Below, piece by piece: positions 21,871 through 32,112 of a stretch of DNA of 33,060 nucleotides. The position numbers and the translations under genes were made by a program. This stretch comes from Craspedostauros australis (lineage: Eukaryota). Within the stretch, counting starts at the first letter, position 1. Every line of letters starts with the position of its first letter. The stretch spans positions 1 through 33,060 of the forward strand of contig JALAGF010001101.1 of assembly GCA_030167865.1 (NCBI GenBank), given 5' to 3'. The notes below the pieces were generated by a model. It did no database searches, was not told the DNA's origin, and saw only the letters and a list, made by a program, of their open reading frames with translations.

Positions 21871-23375
21871 ATGGCAGGCTTCATCGACGTGGACGCGTGC
21901 ATCGAGACTCTGCGGCAGGGCGAATGCGTGTCGGAGCGAGAGCTGAAGCACCTGTGCCAGTATGTTTCGGAGCTGCTGATGGAGGAATCGAACGTGCAGC
22001 CTGTGGTTTCGCCAGTCAAGGTGGTGGGCGATCTGCACGGCCAGTTCTTCGACCTGCTGCACATGCTCGACAAGGTCGGGGGTTGGCCTCCGCAGACGTC
22101 CTACATCTTCCTGGGCGACTTCGTCGATCGGGGTCACAATTCCGTGGAGACGCTCAGCCTGCTGCTCTGCCTCAAGCTCAAGTACCCTGCCCACATCACG
22201 CTTCTCCGCGGAAATCACGAGGTACGCTTCTTGCTCACTCTGCTCCTCGATGCCCCCTGGTATTGCACAGTGCATATGCTTGTGTCGCAACTTTCTCGCA
22301 AAGATTGGGTTCCTCTGGAATGCTTCTTGTGGTCGTTGCTGCCATTGGGATTGATCATAGAGAAGGGAGATGAAGGAGAGTGGAGAGAGGAGATTGAAAC
22401 GATGCGCAGTGGAGGACTCTACTCTACTCCCCTCCACATTCCATTGATCAATGAGTTTCATTCCTCATCATTCCCCATTTATCCTTCCCGTCAACCTCTT
22501 TCTCCCCCATCACACGCGTCGTCCGCACTCATACCCACCGACACGCGTACACGTACACATAATGCCATTGCATGATATGGTATGGCATGGCATGGCATAT
22601 GTGTCATCTCCTCCCCTTGCACCAAGCACAGTCTCGACAAATTACGCAAGTGTACGGCTTTTACGATGAATGCTTGCGCAAGTACGGCAACGCGAGCGTG
22701 TGGAGACACTGCGTACAGTGCTTCGATTGCTTCGGCCTTGCCGCCCTCATCGATGAGCAGGTCCTGTGCGTGCACGGCGGTCTGTCCCCCGACGTACGCA
22801 CGCTGGATCAGATCCGTGCCATCGACAGGAACCAGGAGATCCCGCATGAGGGCGCCTTCTGCGATCTGGTGTGGTCGGATCCCGAGGACCTGCCTCTCTC
22901 CACCAGCTGGCACGTCTCGCCCAGAGGAGCCGGGTACCTGTTCGGTCAGCGCGTCACGGATGAATTCCACGAGGTCAACAACCTGCAGTTCATGGCGCGG
23001 GCTCATCAGCTCGTCATGGAGGGCCGGAAGTACCACTTCGACAAGAAGCTGGTGACGGTCTGGTCAGCGCCCAACTACTGCTACAGATGCGGCAACGTCG
23101 CGGCCATACTGGAGATTGGCGAAACGGCCGATTGGGGCGACGGTGGTGAAGGCGAGCGCGCCGGTGCGGGTGAAGACAAGCGCCCGGAGGATAGCGACGA
23201 GGACGACAACGGAGACGACGCGTCGCGGGCCCTGGATAGATACGCGCCCTCGCGACCCGATCCCACCGGCGACGGCACGATTCCGCAACGGTTTCGTTTC
23301 TTCAAGGAAACCACCCACTCCATCCACGGTCCCAGCGGCGAATCGAGATCGCAGATGGTGCCGTACTTTTTGTAG
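21871..23375 (+). CDS. PPP6C: Ser/Thr protein phosphatase catalytic subunit, PP2A-like family, most similar to PP6/Sit4; exons 21871-22221 and 22632-23375, about 364 aa
   Basis: All PPP motifs are intact: [61 protein letters not shown]6-like features: [46 protein letters not shown] and C-terminal PYFL. Family is certain; the PP6 versus PP4/PP2A call is by eye. Confidence 0.9.
22222..22631 (+). other. Spliceosomal intron of PP6 (410 nt)
   Basis: Donor GTACGC directly after the RGNHE codons and acceptor CACAG directly before SRQITQ. Phase 0; removal restores the invariant GNHESRQ motif. Confidence 0.93.
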
Positions 23376-23805
23376 AATGATACATAGACGAGTGTGGTGT
23401 GCATACATGGTACAAGTAGAGTGTTCTTGTCGTGGAGTGGAGTGGAGTGGATAGATACGCTCTGGCAGCATTCGCAAAACTTGCAAGCACTGCCCAATGC
23501 ATCGAAACGGTGCATGCAAGAGGAGTAGATTTTTGTCACATCGCATCTGAATGATGCAGCCGTACTGGTGCAGTCACGTACCATACATGTTGTTCCGTGA
23601 AAGAGTGAGCCAACAAATACAGTAGCTCGTATGTAGTGGAGCGGCGATGTTAGTTGGCCCTCTCCAGAGAGAGAGAGAGAGAGATCGGCATCTATGATAT
23701 GTACGAGTGCGGTGGGGATGGAGGTAGCAACAAACACCGTCGACACCACCGTCTCCTGGAACGCAACACCAATTTTTGCGGCTTGAATTGCACAAATGCA
23801 CTACT

Positions 23806-23833
23806 CCAGTCCAGTCCAGTCCAGTCCAGTCCA
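23806..23833 (+). repeat. (CCAGT)5 microsatellite between the convergent PP6 and sulfotransferase genes
   Basis: Read directly from the sequence. Confidence 0.95.
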
Positions 23834-24108
23834 CATACTCCGCTCCCCAGCGACACTTTCAATATACATATGAGCATACAAGTATTCTAGTCTACATTAA
23901 CGTTAATGAAAGCATGGGGCATTCCCCACGTCCTTTGCTCTCGCTGAACGCATGATTGATACGTTTCGTTTGCGCGTGACCGTTACACAGATGACGGGAC
24001 GTGCGGCTTCCGCTTGAATCGAATTGTATTGCCATCTCATTGTACCGTGCAGCTGAATTGCGCTGGTCCGATGTCCTCTGTCGGCGGAGCAGCCAAGGTC
24101 GGTCAACT

Positions 24109-25424
24109 CTAGCTGCTCTTGACCTTGCCAGCTTTGCTGACCGAATGCTCGTGGTGGTCTTGTGGGTGCTTGGCATTGAGGAAGACGCGGTTGACCATGC
24201 GCGGCAGGGCGACGTCGCGCTGAAATTGCAGCCACGAGAGCGGGGTCATGCCCGTGGCGAATTGGAAGACGCGGGTGAAGAGGGTGAAGACGCAGAAGAG
24301 GACGAGGATGAGGGGCACCAACGCCCCGCTGACAGCCTGCACCTGGACGCTCCTTGCCGAGTTGGTTTTTGGGAATGGCGTGGTGGGGCAGTCCGCGATC
24401 TCGAGGAAATCGCAGATGGGTTGCCAGCCCTGCTTGACGGAATAGTCGAGGAGCTGATGCGACGGGATGAGTTCTCTGACGCGCTGGTTGTGCGTTTCGT
24501 AGGAGTCGACAGCCGCCTGCTTGTACTGCAGCATCTTGGGACGGTTGCTTGTGAGGAATGAATCATCCTTGTTGACGACGGCGAAGAGCCATCGCAGGTA
24601 TACTGAGTAATGCCTGACGCCTGAGATGAACCATCCGCCGTAGTAGGTGGGCGCGGTGATGGTCTTGGTGAGGGTGTCCCAGCTCTTGAACCATTTCTCT
24701 GAGTTATCGCGGGTGGTGAGAATGAATTTGCAGTCCGGATATCGTTCGTGAATCTGGTCGTAGTACAGGGCCATCGGGAAGTCTGTGGTTGCCTCGTAGC
24801 CGTGGCGAGTGATGACGTCGAAGTCCGGCGTTCCGAGCTCCGCGCGTCCCTTGGCGAGGGATGGGTTGAAGATGAGGTCGGACCACATCTGCTGGATGTC
24901 CTTGTTTTCGTAAAGGTGCTGCGTGTGCAATGTCGGGTATCCCAGCTCCTCCAGTGCTAGCGTGAGTGAATACTGTGTGCAGAGTGCATTGTGCAGAGTG
25001 GGGAGTGCATTGTGCAATGATTGGGCAGAAATGAAGAGAAAGAATGAGTTGTGGAATGTGGCATGTTGAACATGGAGATGTGATGGAAGCACTGGCAAAT
25101 GATTGAGATGGCTGTTGCTGTTGCTGCTGCTGCACTTACGGTACCCGTTCTGCCAAAGCCAATGCCGACCACCTTGAGGTCTTTGGGCTGATGAGACTGC
25201 GATTGATCAGAGATGGCCTGCTGATCTTGAACGAGCGATGGAAAGAGGACGGACGAAAGGCGGGTGATCTGGAGGAACGGGAGGAGAATGTACTCCACGG
25301 TCCAGGTCTTGAGGAAGTAGGGGAAGTGGCTGGCGCCGGTGATGGTGCCGATGTACACATCATGCACAAGTTCCTGCCAGGAGCCTGATGCGAAGTTTGA
25401 CGTTGCTCCTCTTCTCATGGACAT
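24109..25424 (-). CDS. Sulfotransferase-family protein (Sulfotransfer_4-like) with a C-terminal hydrophobic segment; exons 25424-25140 and 24972-24109, about 382 aa
   Basis: Splicing creates LKVVGIGFGRTGT|YSLTLALEELGYPTLH, the PAPS-binding-loop signature of this family. Also YEATTDFP, YPDCKFILTTRD..KWFKSW, Y..HNQRVRELIPSHQLL, QGWQPICDFL and PFPKTN. ATG follows an AACAACAAG leader; the exact start is less certain. Confidence 0.88.
24973..25139 (-). other. Spliceosomal intron of the sulfotransferase (167 nt)
   Basis: Donor GTAAGT at 25139 and acceptor CACAG ending at 24973. Phase 0; joins GRTGT to YSL. Confidence 0.9.
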
Positions 25425-27493
25425 CTTGTTGTTGTTGTTGCTGCTGTTGTTGCTGCTGTTGTTGCTGCTGTTGTTTATGATGACGTTGCTGTTGTGAATG
25501 TTGAATTTATGAGAGATGTCTGTGGGAGAGTCGGTCTTGGGTGGTTGTCTTGGGCGGTCGATGGTGGATAGGTGATGGTTGATAGGTGATGTGAATGCTT
25601 TGGTTGACACGAATGGAGTTGAGTTGCTTCAACTTGACGTGGTCTGCGAGAATTGTTCCGCTGCGGGTATCGAAGGGCGCCCCCTTGTTGCAGGCGTCTG
25701 AGTGCCGGTGGGTGAGTGTCTGGGTGCCGGTGGATGCACGTGCAGGTGTTCTTGTTGGATGCTTGTGGGTGTGTCCTCAGCGCCCCCTCTTGGCTGTTCT
25801 TGTTTGTTCTTCCGTTGGCTTCCCTCCGTTCTCTTTTCGTTCTTTGGTTTGTGTATCAAGTCTTGGCTCGATGCTTTGTACGCCTCCACTCAGTGTTGTT
25901 GTTGTTGTTGATGTTGCTCTTGCGTACGACTATTGTTGTGGTTCAGGTTTTCGCGCGTGTGGTCTTTTGGTGGAAAGGGCCGTGCCGATGTTCGATTCCT
26001 GCCTCCTGAGGTGAAGTGTTGAAGTGATGAACCGCGTGGGCAACCTTGCAAAGTAGAGCGTTTGTGGTGTGGAACTGAGTCGTTTCTGTTTCGCACCGAG
26101 GCTTTAACGTCTTTGTTAACGTCTTTGACAATTCGCACAGGTCGATGTTGGTGGGGGCGCAGAGGTCGTTCGTGCAACTGCGAAGCCCGTGTTCTTTGTG
26201 GTTGTCGCGGTTCTTCCTTCCACTGTCAGTTCGTTTTCCGTCTTGCTTTCCTTCTTTTGTCGCCTCTTGATGTGTTGGCTTCTTCTCTCTCTCTCTTGGT
26301 GTTGGTGTCTGATCCTGTATCCACACTGGTGGGTGGTATTACATGTATTGTATAACAGGTCGTATGCAGGCTGCAGGTTGCAGAGTGGGTGTGTGATGTG
26401 TCCTTGGCCCTCCTTGATCCTCTTTGTCCTTGGTTGTGAGCTTTCTGTTCACTCTTGCGAACTCTTTCTTCGAAATAGGCTTGCAGAGTTGGTATGGTGC
26501 GGGTAAGCGTTAGTGCTGGGTTGGTCGCCGCCTCCAATGAAAGAGTCGCTCCCGCTGCGTCTTTTGGTATTACAGTATCCCTTCTGCTTGCGGCTGATTG
26601 CGACGTGCTGCTGTTGATGTATCGTTGAGCAGAGCAGACGATTGTGATGACTGTCAATGGTGTTGTTCTTCGAGTGTTTGGATGTTTTGTGTTGATGGAG
26701 GTGGAGGTGGTGTCGTTGTGGGCAACGCAACTGTCGATCAATGCGACGATGCTTCACTGTTGTTCCACACACACACAAACGGCGATGTCACGTCATCCAT
26801 CCCCAAGCCTCCTCGGTTTCATGAACGCGCGCAACACACTTGACACCGACTTCGGTTTGGCCCTCCTTTTTTCTCCATTGCCAGTCCGCGTGGCGAGCAT
26901 TTCGATGGCATTGTTACGACATGGGACGTCTGATACGACATCCACAGCGAATTGCGATGGCATATGATTTTCGAAGTGATCTGACTGAACGATTCAAATG
27001 CGACATGAAGGGTGTCACACATATCCATCCATTCTGAACAACCGTTATCCCGTGAAAGGGCGGGATGTGAAACCTCGTTGTCGGTTTGGGAACGCGAACA
27101 ACATCTGCGCGCGTCGTGGAACGGTTCCGTTTGGATTCCATGGTTGTTCCCGAGGAAGCCGTCTCAATTGTATGTACTAGTACTAAGAAATATTAACATT
27201 GCGAATAAGCCATCGTAATAAGGTGAAATTATGGCTCGTTATTTAGATCATAATTGTACATCTAAAATTTACAAAGGTATGATGGGTGCAAGTGACGCAC
27301 GAGGAATCTCACAAGTTCCGCATCGTGTTCTTCGTCGTACACATCAGTATCAACGAGGAGTCTGCCATGCACCACACGCCCCCCACCAATGCGGAGAGTC
27401 CTCTCTCTTGAGCGATCCTCTGTTGCGTGTGAGGAGATGTGATGTGTCTGCCTGGATCTCCCTTTCGGAGGGGTGGCTGGAAAGTCGAGGATG

Positions 27494-27610
27494 GAATGCA
27501 ATCGAATGCGATTGAATGCGATTGAATGCGGACGACGTTGAGTGTGCACTCCATCACAACTCATCACAGTTCATTGCAGCTCATCGCGACTCATCACAGT
27601 TCATTCCAAC
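27494..27610 (+). repeat. Two degenerate 10-bp tandem arrays: GAATGCGATT-like (27494-27530) and TCATCACAGT-like (27551-27610)
   Basis: gaatgcaatc gaatgcgatt gaatgcgatt gaatgcg; ccatcacaac tcatcacagt tcattgcagc tcatcgcgac tcatcacagt tcattccaac. Confidence 0.8.
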
Positions 27611-27661
27611 CTCAAGAAATACTCACACAAACAGATCAGCTCCTCCAATTTGATCACCTCC

Positions 27662-27700
27662 ACTTGCCACAGGACTTGCCACAGGACTTGCCACAGGACT
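27662..27700 (+). repeat. Perfect 12-bp tandem repeat ACTTGCCACAGG x3.2 upstream of the OCD-family gene
   Basis: acttgccacagg acttgccacagg acttgccacagg act. Confidence 0.95.
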
Positions 27701-27811
27701 CTCCGCTCCAGAATTGTAGAGACCACACCAATACTCTCCAGAGAGAAAGAGAGAGAGAGAGAGTCGTAGTACTCTATTCGTAGCGCTTTCATAGCTCACA
27801 CCCATTAAACC

Positions 27812-29335
27812 ATGCGGCAGATTGCAAGCATCGCATTCGGGACGAGCCTCGCAGGGAGGCTGGTTGGAAACGATCTGCTCGCCAGAACGTTCATCAGAAC
27901 AGGCCGCAGCCATCACAACCATCTATCATCGGCAACAATACCAACACTGTCAGCACTATCAGCGTCGCCTGCCTTGACGCAGTCTGAATCTACGGTGGCT
28001 CGCAGTCAGAGACCGATGTCGTCTTCGGCAACACCAACAACACCCACATCCACATCCACATCCACACTTATCCTCAACGAAGCCAACGTCAAGAAGGTGC
28101 TCAACTTCGATGACTGCTTCGAAGCCAACCGCAACGCGTTCATGTCGCTGGCCAACCTCAAAGCCAACGTGCCGGAACGGGTCGGTCTGCCAAGCGTCAG
28201 CGCCGTGGCTGATGCAACCGACGAAGACGTCGCTGAAGACTGGACGTTGTTCAAACCAGCCGCCTTCTACGGAAATCCATTGCATTCTCCCAACGCAATT
28301 GCTGCCACGGGTGCAGGAGAGAACGACATTGACGACGATGCCCGAACGCACATGGGCCTCAAGGTCGTCTCCGTGCGTGCGCAGAATCCGTCGCACTATG
28401 GACTCCCGCTGGTCTCGGCGACGATCATGCTCCTGGACGTCGAGACGGGCGTCACCGAGGCCATTCTAGCGGGCACCTACCTCACGGTTGCGCGCACGTC
28501 TGCAGGGCCGGCGATTGCGGTCCAGCTCTTCCGTCCCGACGTGCAGCATCTCACCGTCTTCGGGGCGGGCGCCCAGGCGGAATGCCACATCTTCATGATG
28601 GAGAGCATCCTGCAGCGCCGCATTCCTCACATCACCATCATCAACAGGTCCATCGGTCGCGCGGAAAGCCTCAAGAACAAGGTGCTGCAGCAGTCCCCGT
28701 CCAGTGGAACCGAAGAGCCGCGCATCATAGAAACCGCCGTGATCAGTGACGAGGCGTCCGTGGCAAAGGCGGTGGAGAGCGCCGACGTCATCTCGACCAC
28801 GACCAATTCGATGACGGCGCTCTGGCCAGATTCCGTGCAGGTCAAGCCGGGATGCTTGATCACGGGCATCGGATCCTACACGCCGGAAATGACGGAGGTT
28901 CCCAAATCCGCCGTCGATCGTTCCCACGTCGTCCTGGACACCCACGGCGGTCTCGTCGTCGGCGATCTCAAGCATCTCGACCTTTCCAAACAACAGGTCG
29001 ATGCCTGGAGGCGTATGCAATCTCAGCAGCAGCAGCAGCAGCAGCTATCCAACGACGCCAGCGAGACCACGGAGACCACGGAGGGACTCGAGGACATGCA
29101 CCCGGTCCATCTCCTTGGTGATGTTCTGCTCGATCGAAAGCAAATCAACGAGGGCAAAACCCCGTCCTTGACGATCCCAGCGGCAGGCAAGGATTGCGTG
29201 TTCTACAAATCCGTCGGCAGCGCCATTCAGGACGTGCTCACCGGGCAGATCGTCGTGGACGAAGCGCGCAAGTACAACAGTGCCAACCCAGACTCGCCCA
29301 TCGGCCAGGAGGTCGATCTCACGGAGGGATGGTAA
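27812..29335 (+). CDS. Ornithine cyclodeaminase / mu-crystallin-family NAD(P)-binding enzyme, 507 aa, with probable mitochondrial presequence
   Basis: Motifs GLKVVSV...NP..GLP, IMLLDVETG, YLTVARTSAG, the Rossmann FGAGAQAECH, IINRS..RAE, ADVISTTT, ITGIGSY.PEMTE and FYKSVGSAIQD. The first ~68 aa are R/S/A/L/T-rich with few acidic residues. Confidence 0.92.
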   Translation: MRQIASIAFGTSLAGRLVGNDLLARTFIRTGRSHHNHLSSATIPTLSALSASPALTQSESTVARSQRPMSSSATPTTPTSTSTSTLILNEANVKKVLNFDDCFEANRNAFMSLANLKANVPERVGLPSVSAVADATDEDVAEDWTLFKPAAFYGNPLHSPNAIAATGAGENDIDDDARTHMGLKVVSVRAQNPSHYGLPLVSATIMLLDVETGVTEAILAGTYLTVARTSAGPAIAVQLFRPDVQHLTVFGAGAQAECHIFMMESILQRRIPHITIINRSIGRAESLKNKVLQQSPSSGTEEPRIIETAVISDEASVAKAVESADVISTTTNSMTALWPDSVQVKPGCLITGIGSYTPEMTEVPKSAVDRSHVVLDTHGGLVVGDLKHLDLSKQQVDAWRRMQSQQQQQQQLSNDASETTETTEGLEDMHPVHLLGDVLLDRKQINEGKTPSLTIPAAGKDCVFYKSVGSAIQDVLTGQIVVDEARKYNSANPDSPIGQEVDLTEGW

Positions 29336-29895
29336 ATATTAGAATCGCGTACACCTTCGCGCCTTTGCAGCACAAGCGCACACAACTGGATCGACTCGTG
29401 CGTGCCGCCAATGTATTAGTACGACGAGCTAGGACTCGTATGTACGGTATGATTAGTAGCACGTCTATGGCACTCCACGCACTCCAGAGAGTACGCTTGC
29501 TCGTACGACTACGTGCTTTGGGGCCGATTTCGTCTGTTGGTACAATTACAGTAGACCAGCGCACAGAATGAGGCAGGCTGCGTGCGCAAGAGCACCTGCA
29601 ACCATCCCCACCACGATCGATAATTCGTCCCATTTTGGAGAGGTTGCCCTGCAGGACCAGGTGCAATGTTCGCAGGAAGCAGCAAGGGTATGACGCCCGC
29701 CATGGGCACCATCTGAATATCCCATGCAATAGCTCGTATACTATCTCCCGCCACTCCTTGTAACTTCAATGTCATATTATATGTAGAATACTATTACTGG
29801 TGCAACTCTGCCAGATTCTAGTCTAGCCTTGTCTGCTCTATGCGGATGATCTGCGCAGAGGCACCCGCTCTATGTATGCGAAGAGGGTGGTGGAG

Positions 29896-31764
29896 TCATC
29901 GCGATTGCAACAAGCCGTTGCGACAGAACTCGTACATCACATTGATTGCACACGTCTTCGCCTGAGCGGAGCCTTGCACGTCAAGGGATCGTCCGCTCGC
30001 TTCTTCCACCCGGCTTTGGACTGAGTTCACCTGGCCCAGAACGAGATGCCATGGAACGCTCGCCTCTCCCTTTCCACCATCATGAGCAGCATCAGCGCTG
30101 GCGTCACCACGGCGAACAGTCTCGTGAACTGGGCCAGCGTGGATGTGAAGAAGGAGAGCCCGACCTCCGCGGTCGAGGTTGCCGTAGTGATTCAGCATGT
30201 GCTGGACCTCTGTGAGTTCCTTCGATGTTCGTTTGGATGCAGAGAAACGTGGCGTCTCCACCTTGAAGAGGGATAGCTGCGAATAATTGCGCATGGACTC
30301 AACCAAGGTCTCCATCATCCCGGTCGGTGTGAGGAGATGATTGCTGTGCAAGGTGAGATGGCTCAGGGAGAGGCCGGCGAGTATGGACGACGATCTCCCC
30401 TCCGAAGGATTTCGGGGAGATACCATTTCGCGCAACGCCCCATCAGTTACATTGTTGCCTTGAAAGTCCAACCGCTGCAGCGTGCGATTACGGCGCCGGC
30501 CGAGGCCATCGCGCATCAGCATGACCAGGCACGAATCACCGAGATGATTGGTGGCCATCGTCAGGGTTCGCAGCGATGCATTTCCTCTCAGTGCCAGCGC
30601 TATCTCTTGCACGATCGACTCCTGCGGCTGAGACCCGGCTGATGTTGGTGTGTGTGCTTGTGGTGGTGTTGTCGGAAGATGGCTGAAGCAACCACTCAAG
30701 GACAGCGTGGTCAGCACGCAGCCGGAATGGGAAAGGTATTTCCGAAGGTGCCGTGCTGTTTGAAGACTGCAAGTTTGCCCATCCAGACTCAGCGTACGGA
30801 GCTGGCATGGCAAACTCGGCGACTCCAGGATGGGCTGCAGAAGCTTCCACAATCCACCGTCATTCTGATCATGGCGGTTCTGATGGTGGGTGGTACCGAC
30901 AGATCCAAAGTCGCAATCGTTGACAGTGAGGGAACGCAGGGAGGTCTGACGTAGCAATTGGTTGCCCAGCATGGAGGCGCTGCACGTGGAAGGCAGGTGG
31001 CAGTCAACGAGTTCGAATTCCTCCAACGCGTTGCCAGCGCAGAAGGTGTTGATGAAGTAGAGAAATGAATCTAACGCGCCGCGAAAGTCCAGGAGCTCCA
31101 GCTGCACGGCTCGCAGAGTCGATCCGAGCTGCGCCCGATTGACGGGTGGAAGAGACCTCGCGATTGGTGGAGACGTCATCTTCCCAGCATTGAGGTGAGC
31201 ATGATGACGAGACCTTGCGCTCATTCTGGTGCTGATGCTCTCGACGACCTGGTTGGACCAGACCAATTCCTCGCAACGCAGGCTGGCTGCAGCTAGCACC
31301 TCCAAAACGCCATCGCCTTCGCATGACTCCACAACGATCTTGGCCCAACCCTCCTTCGATGGTGCAGCGATGAGACGAAGGATGTTGCGCGTGAGCACGT
31401 GCGGATCATCCGCTCGTTCCGCAATGGTGGCATTGTTCACGTCAGCCTGAATGGTGACGCCAGAATCGCCAGGGTTGCGAGTGCGGCTGGTGGAGCCATC
31501 ACATCTTCCGCCGTTGGCGATGTTGGACGATGGGAGGTGCAGCTTGCTGAGGTGAATGGCCTTTGCAACGCCTTGATCCATGCTCCGCAGGGTGCCGCAA
31601 GTGCTGCAGGAGCATGGGCGAAGGTCGTTGCTGCCGGTGTCAGTGTCAGCGTTAGTGTCAGTGCTATAGCCACAGCCGCTGTGAACGCCATGGCAATGGG
31701 CAGCAGCATGGCAGGGTGCCATAAACGAACCTTGGTTGTGGCGATTAATCAGCAACCGCCGCAT
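29896..31764 (-). CDS. RNI-like leucine-rich-repeat protein, about 622 aa
   Basis: Repeats LEEFELVDC, SLRSLTVNDC, QLRTLSLDG, VLTTLSLSGC, NASLRTLTMATNHLGD, NRTLQRLDFQGNNVTD and LSHLTLHSN. The C-terminal LDRGGRALL...WHLVL...VMYEFCR resembles the cap I recall from expanded diatom LRR families. Start codon uncertain. Confidence 0.82.
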   Translation of the reverse strand: MRRLLINRHNQGSFMAPCHAAAHCHGVHSGCGYSTDTNADTDTGSNDLRPCSCSTCGTLRSMDQGVAKAIHLSKLHLPSSNIANGGRCDGSTSRTRNPGDSGVTIQADVNNATIAERADDPHVLTRNILRLIAAPSKEGWAKIVVESCEGDGVLEVLAAASLRCEELVWSNQVVESISTRMSARSRHHAHLNAGKMTSPPIARSLPPVNRAQLGSTLRAVQLELLDFRGALDSFLYFINTFCAGNALEEFELVDCHLPSTCSASMLGNQLLRQTSLRSLTVNDCDFGSVGTTHHQNRHDQNDGGLWKLLQPILESPSLPCQLRTLSLDGQTCSLQTARHLRKYLSHSGCVLTTLSLSGCFSHLPTTPPQAHTPTSAGSQPQESIVQEIALALRGNASLRTLTMATNHLGDSCLVMLMRDGLGRRRNRTLQRLDFQGNNVTDGALREMVSPRNPSEGRSSSILAGLSLSHLTLHSNHLLTPTGMMETLVESMRNYSQLSLFKVETPRFSASKRTSKELTEVQHMLNHYGNLDRGGRALLLHIHAGPVHETVRRGDASADAAHDGGKGEASVPWHLVLGQVNSVQSRVEEASGRSLDVQGSAQAKTCAINVMYEFCRNGLLQSR

Positions 31765-32112
31765 GGTGAGAGGTTGTTGGCGTTATAGCGTTATAGCGTT
31801 ATTGCGTGTTAGCGTGCTGGCTTGGTGTCCTGAATTGGCTCTCAGAGTGCATTCCTCGCAGATTATGATGCTGTGGATCGTATTAGAGAATAGAATGCTT
31901 CAGATAAGAGCTATGGCGACGAGCCATAAGGGTGCAGCCGTATAATAGCAGAATAAGTATTATGGCTGTGGCTTCTCGAGAGAGAGAGAGAGAGTGGTTG
32001 CGTTGTGATTGTGTGATGTTGGGAACGCACGAGCAGCGACCTACGAGAGTGCCCTCCCTGCCAATCTTTATCAGAACTGATACGGCCGTGTCAGAGTGAC
32101 TTGTGCAACCAG

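Noticed and set aside
21598..22575. ORF 21598-22575 as a complete 325-aa protein
   Set aside because: It fuses upstream sequence and intron read-through to PP6 exon 1. Homology starts at ATG 21871 and stops at RGNHE.
25425..25610. Asn/Ser-rich N-terminal extension of the sulfotransferase
   Set aside because: No in-frame ATG, and the (AAC/AGC)n tract immediately before AAG-ATG looks like a 5' leader.
27824..27838. ASIAF near the OCD N-terminus resembling the diatom plastid ASAF(A/P) cleavage motif
   Set aside because: It sits at residues 5-9 with no hydrophobic signal peptide before it. The composition fits a mitochondrial presequence better.
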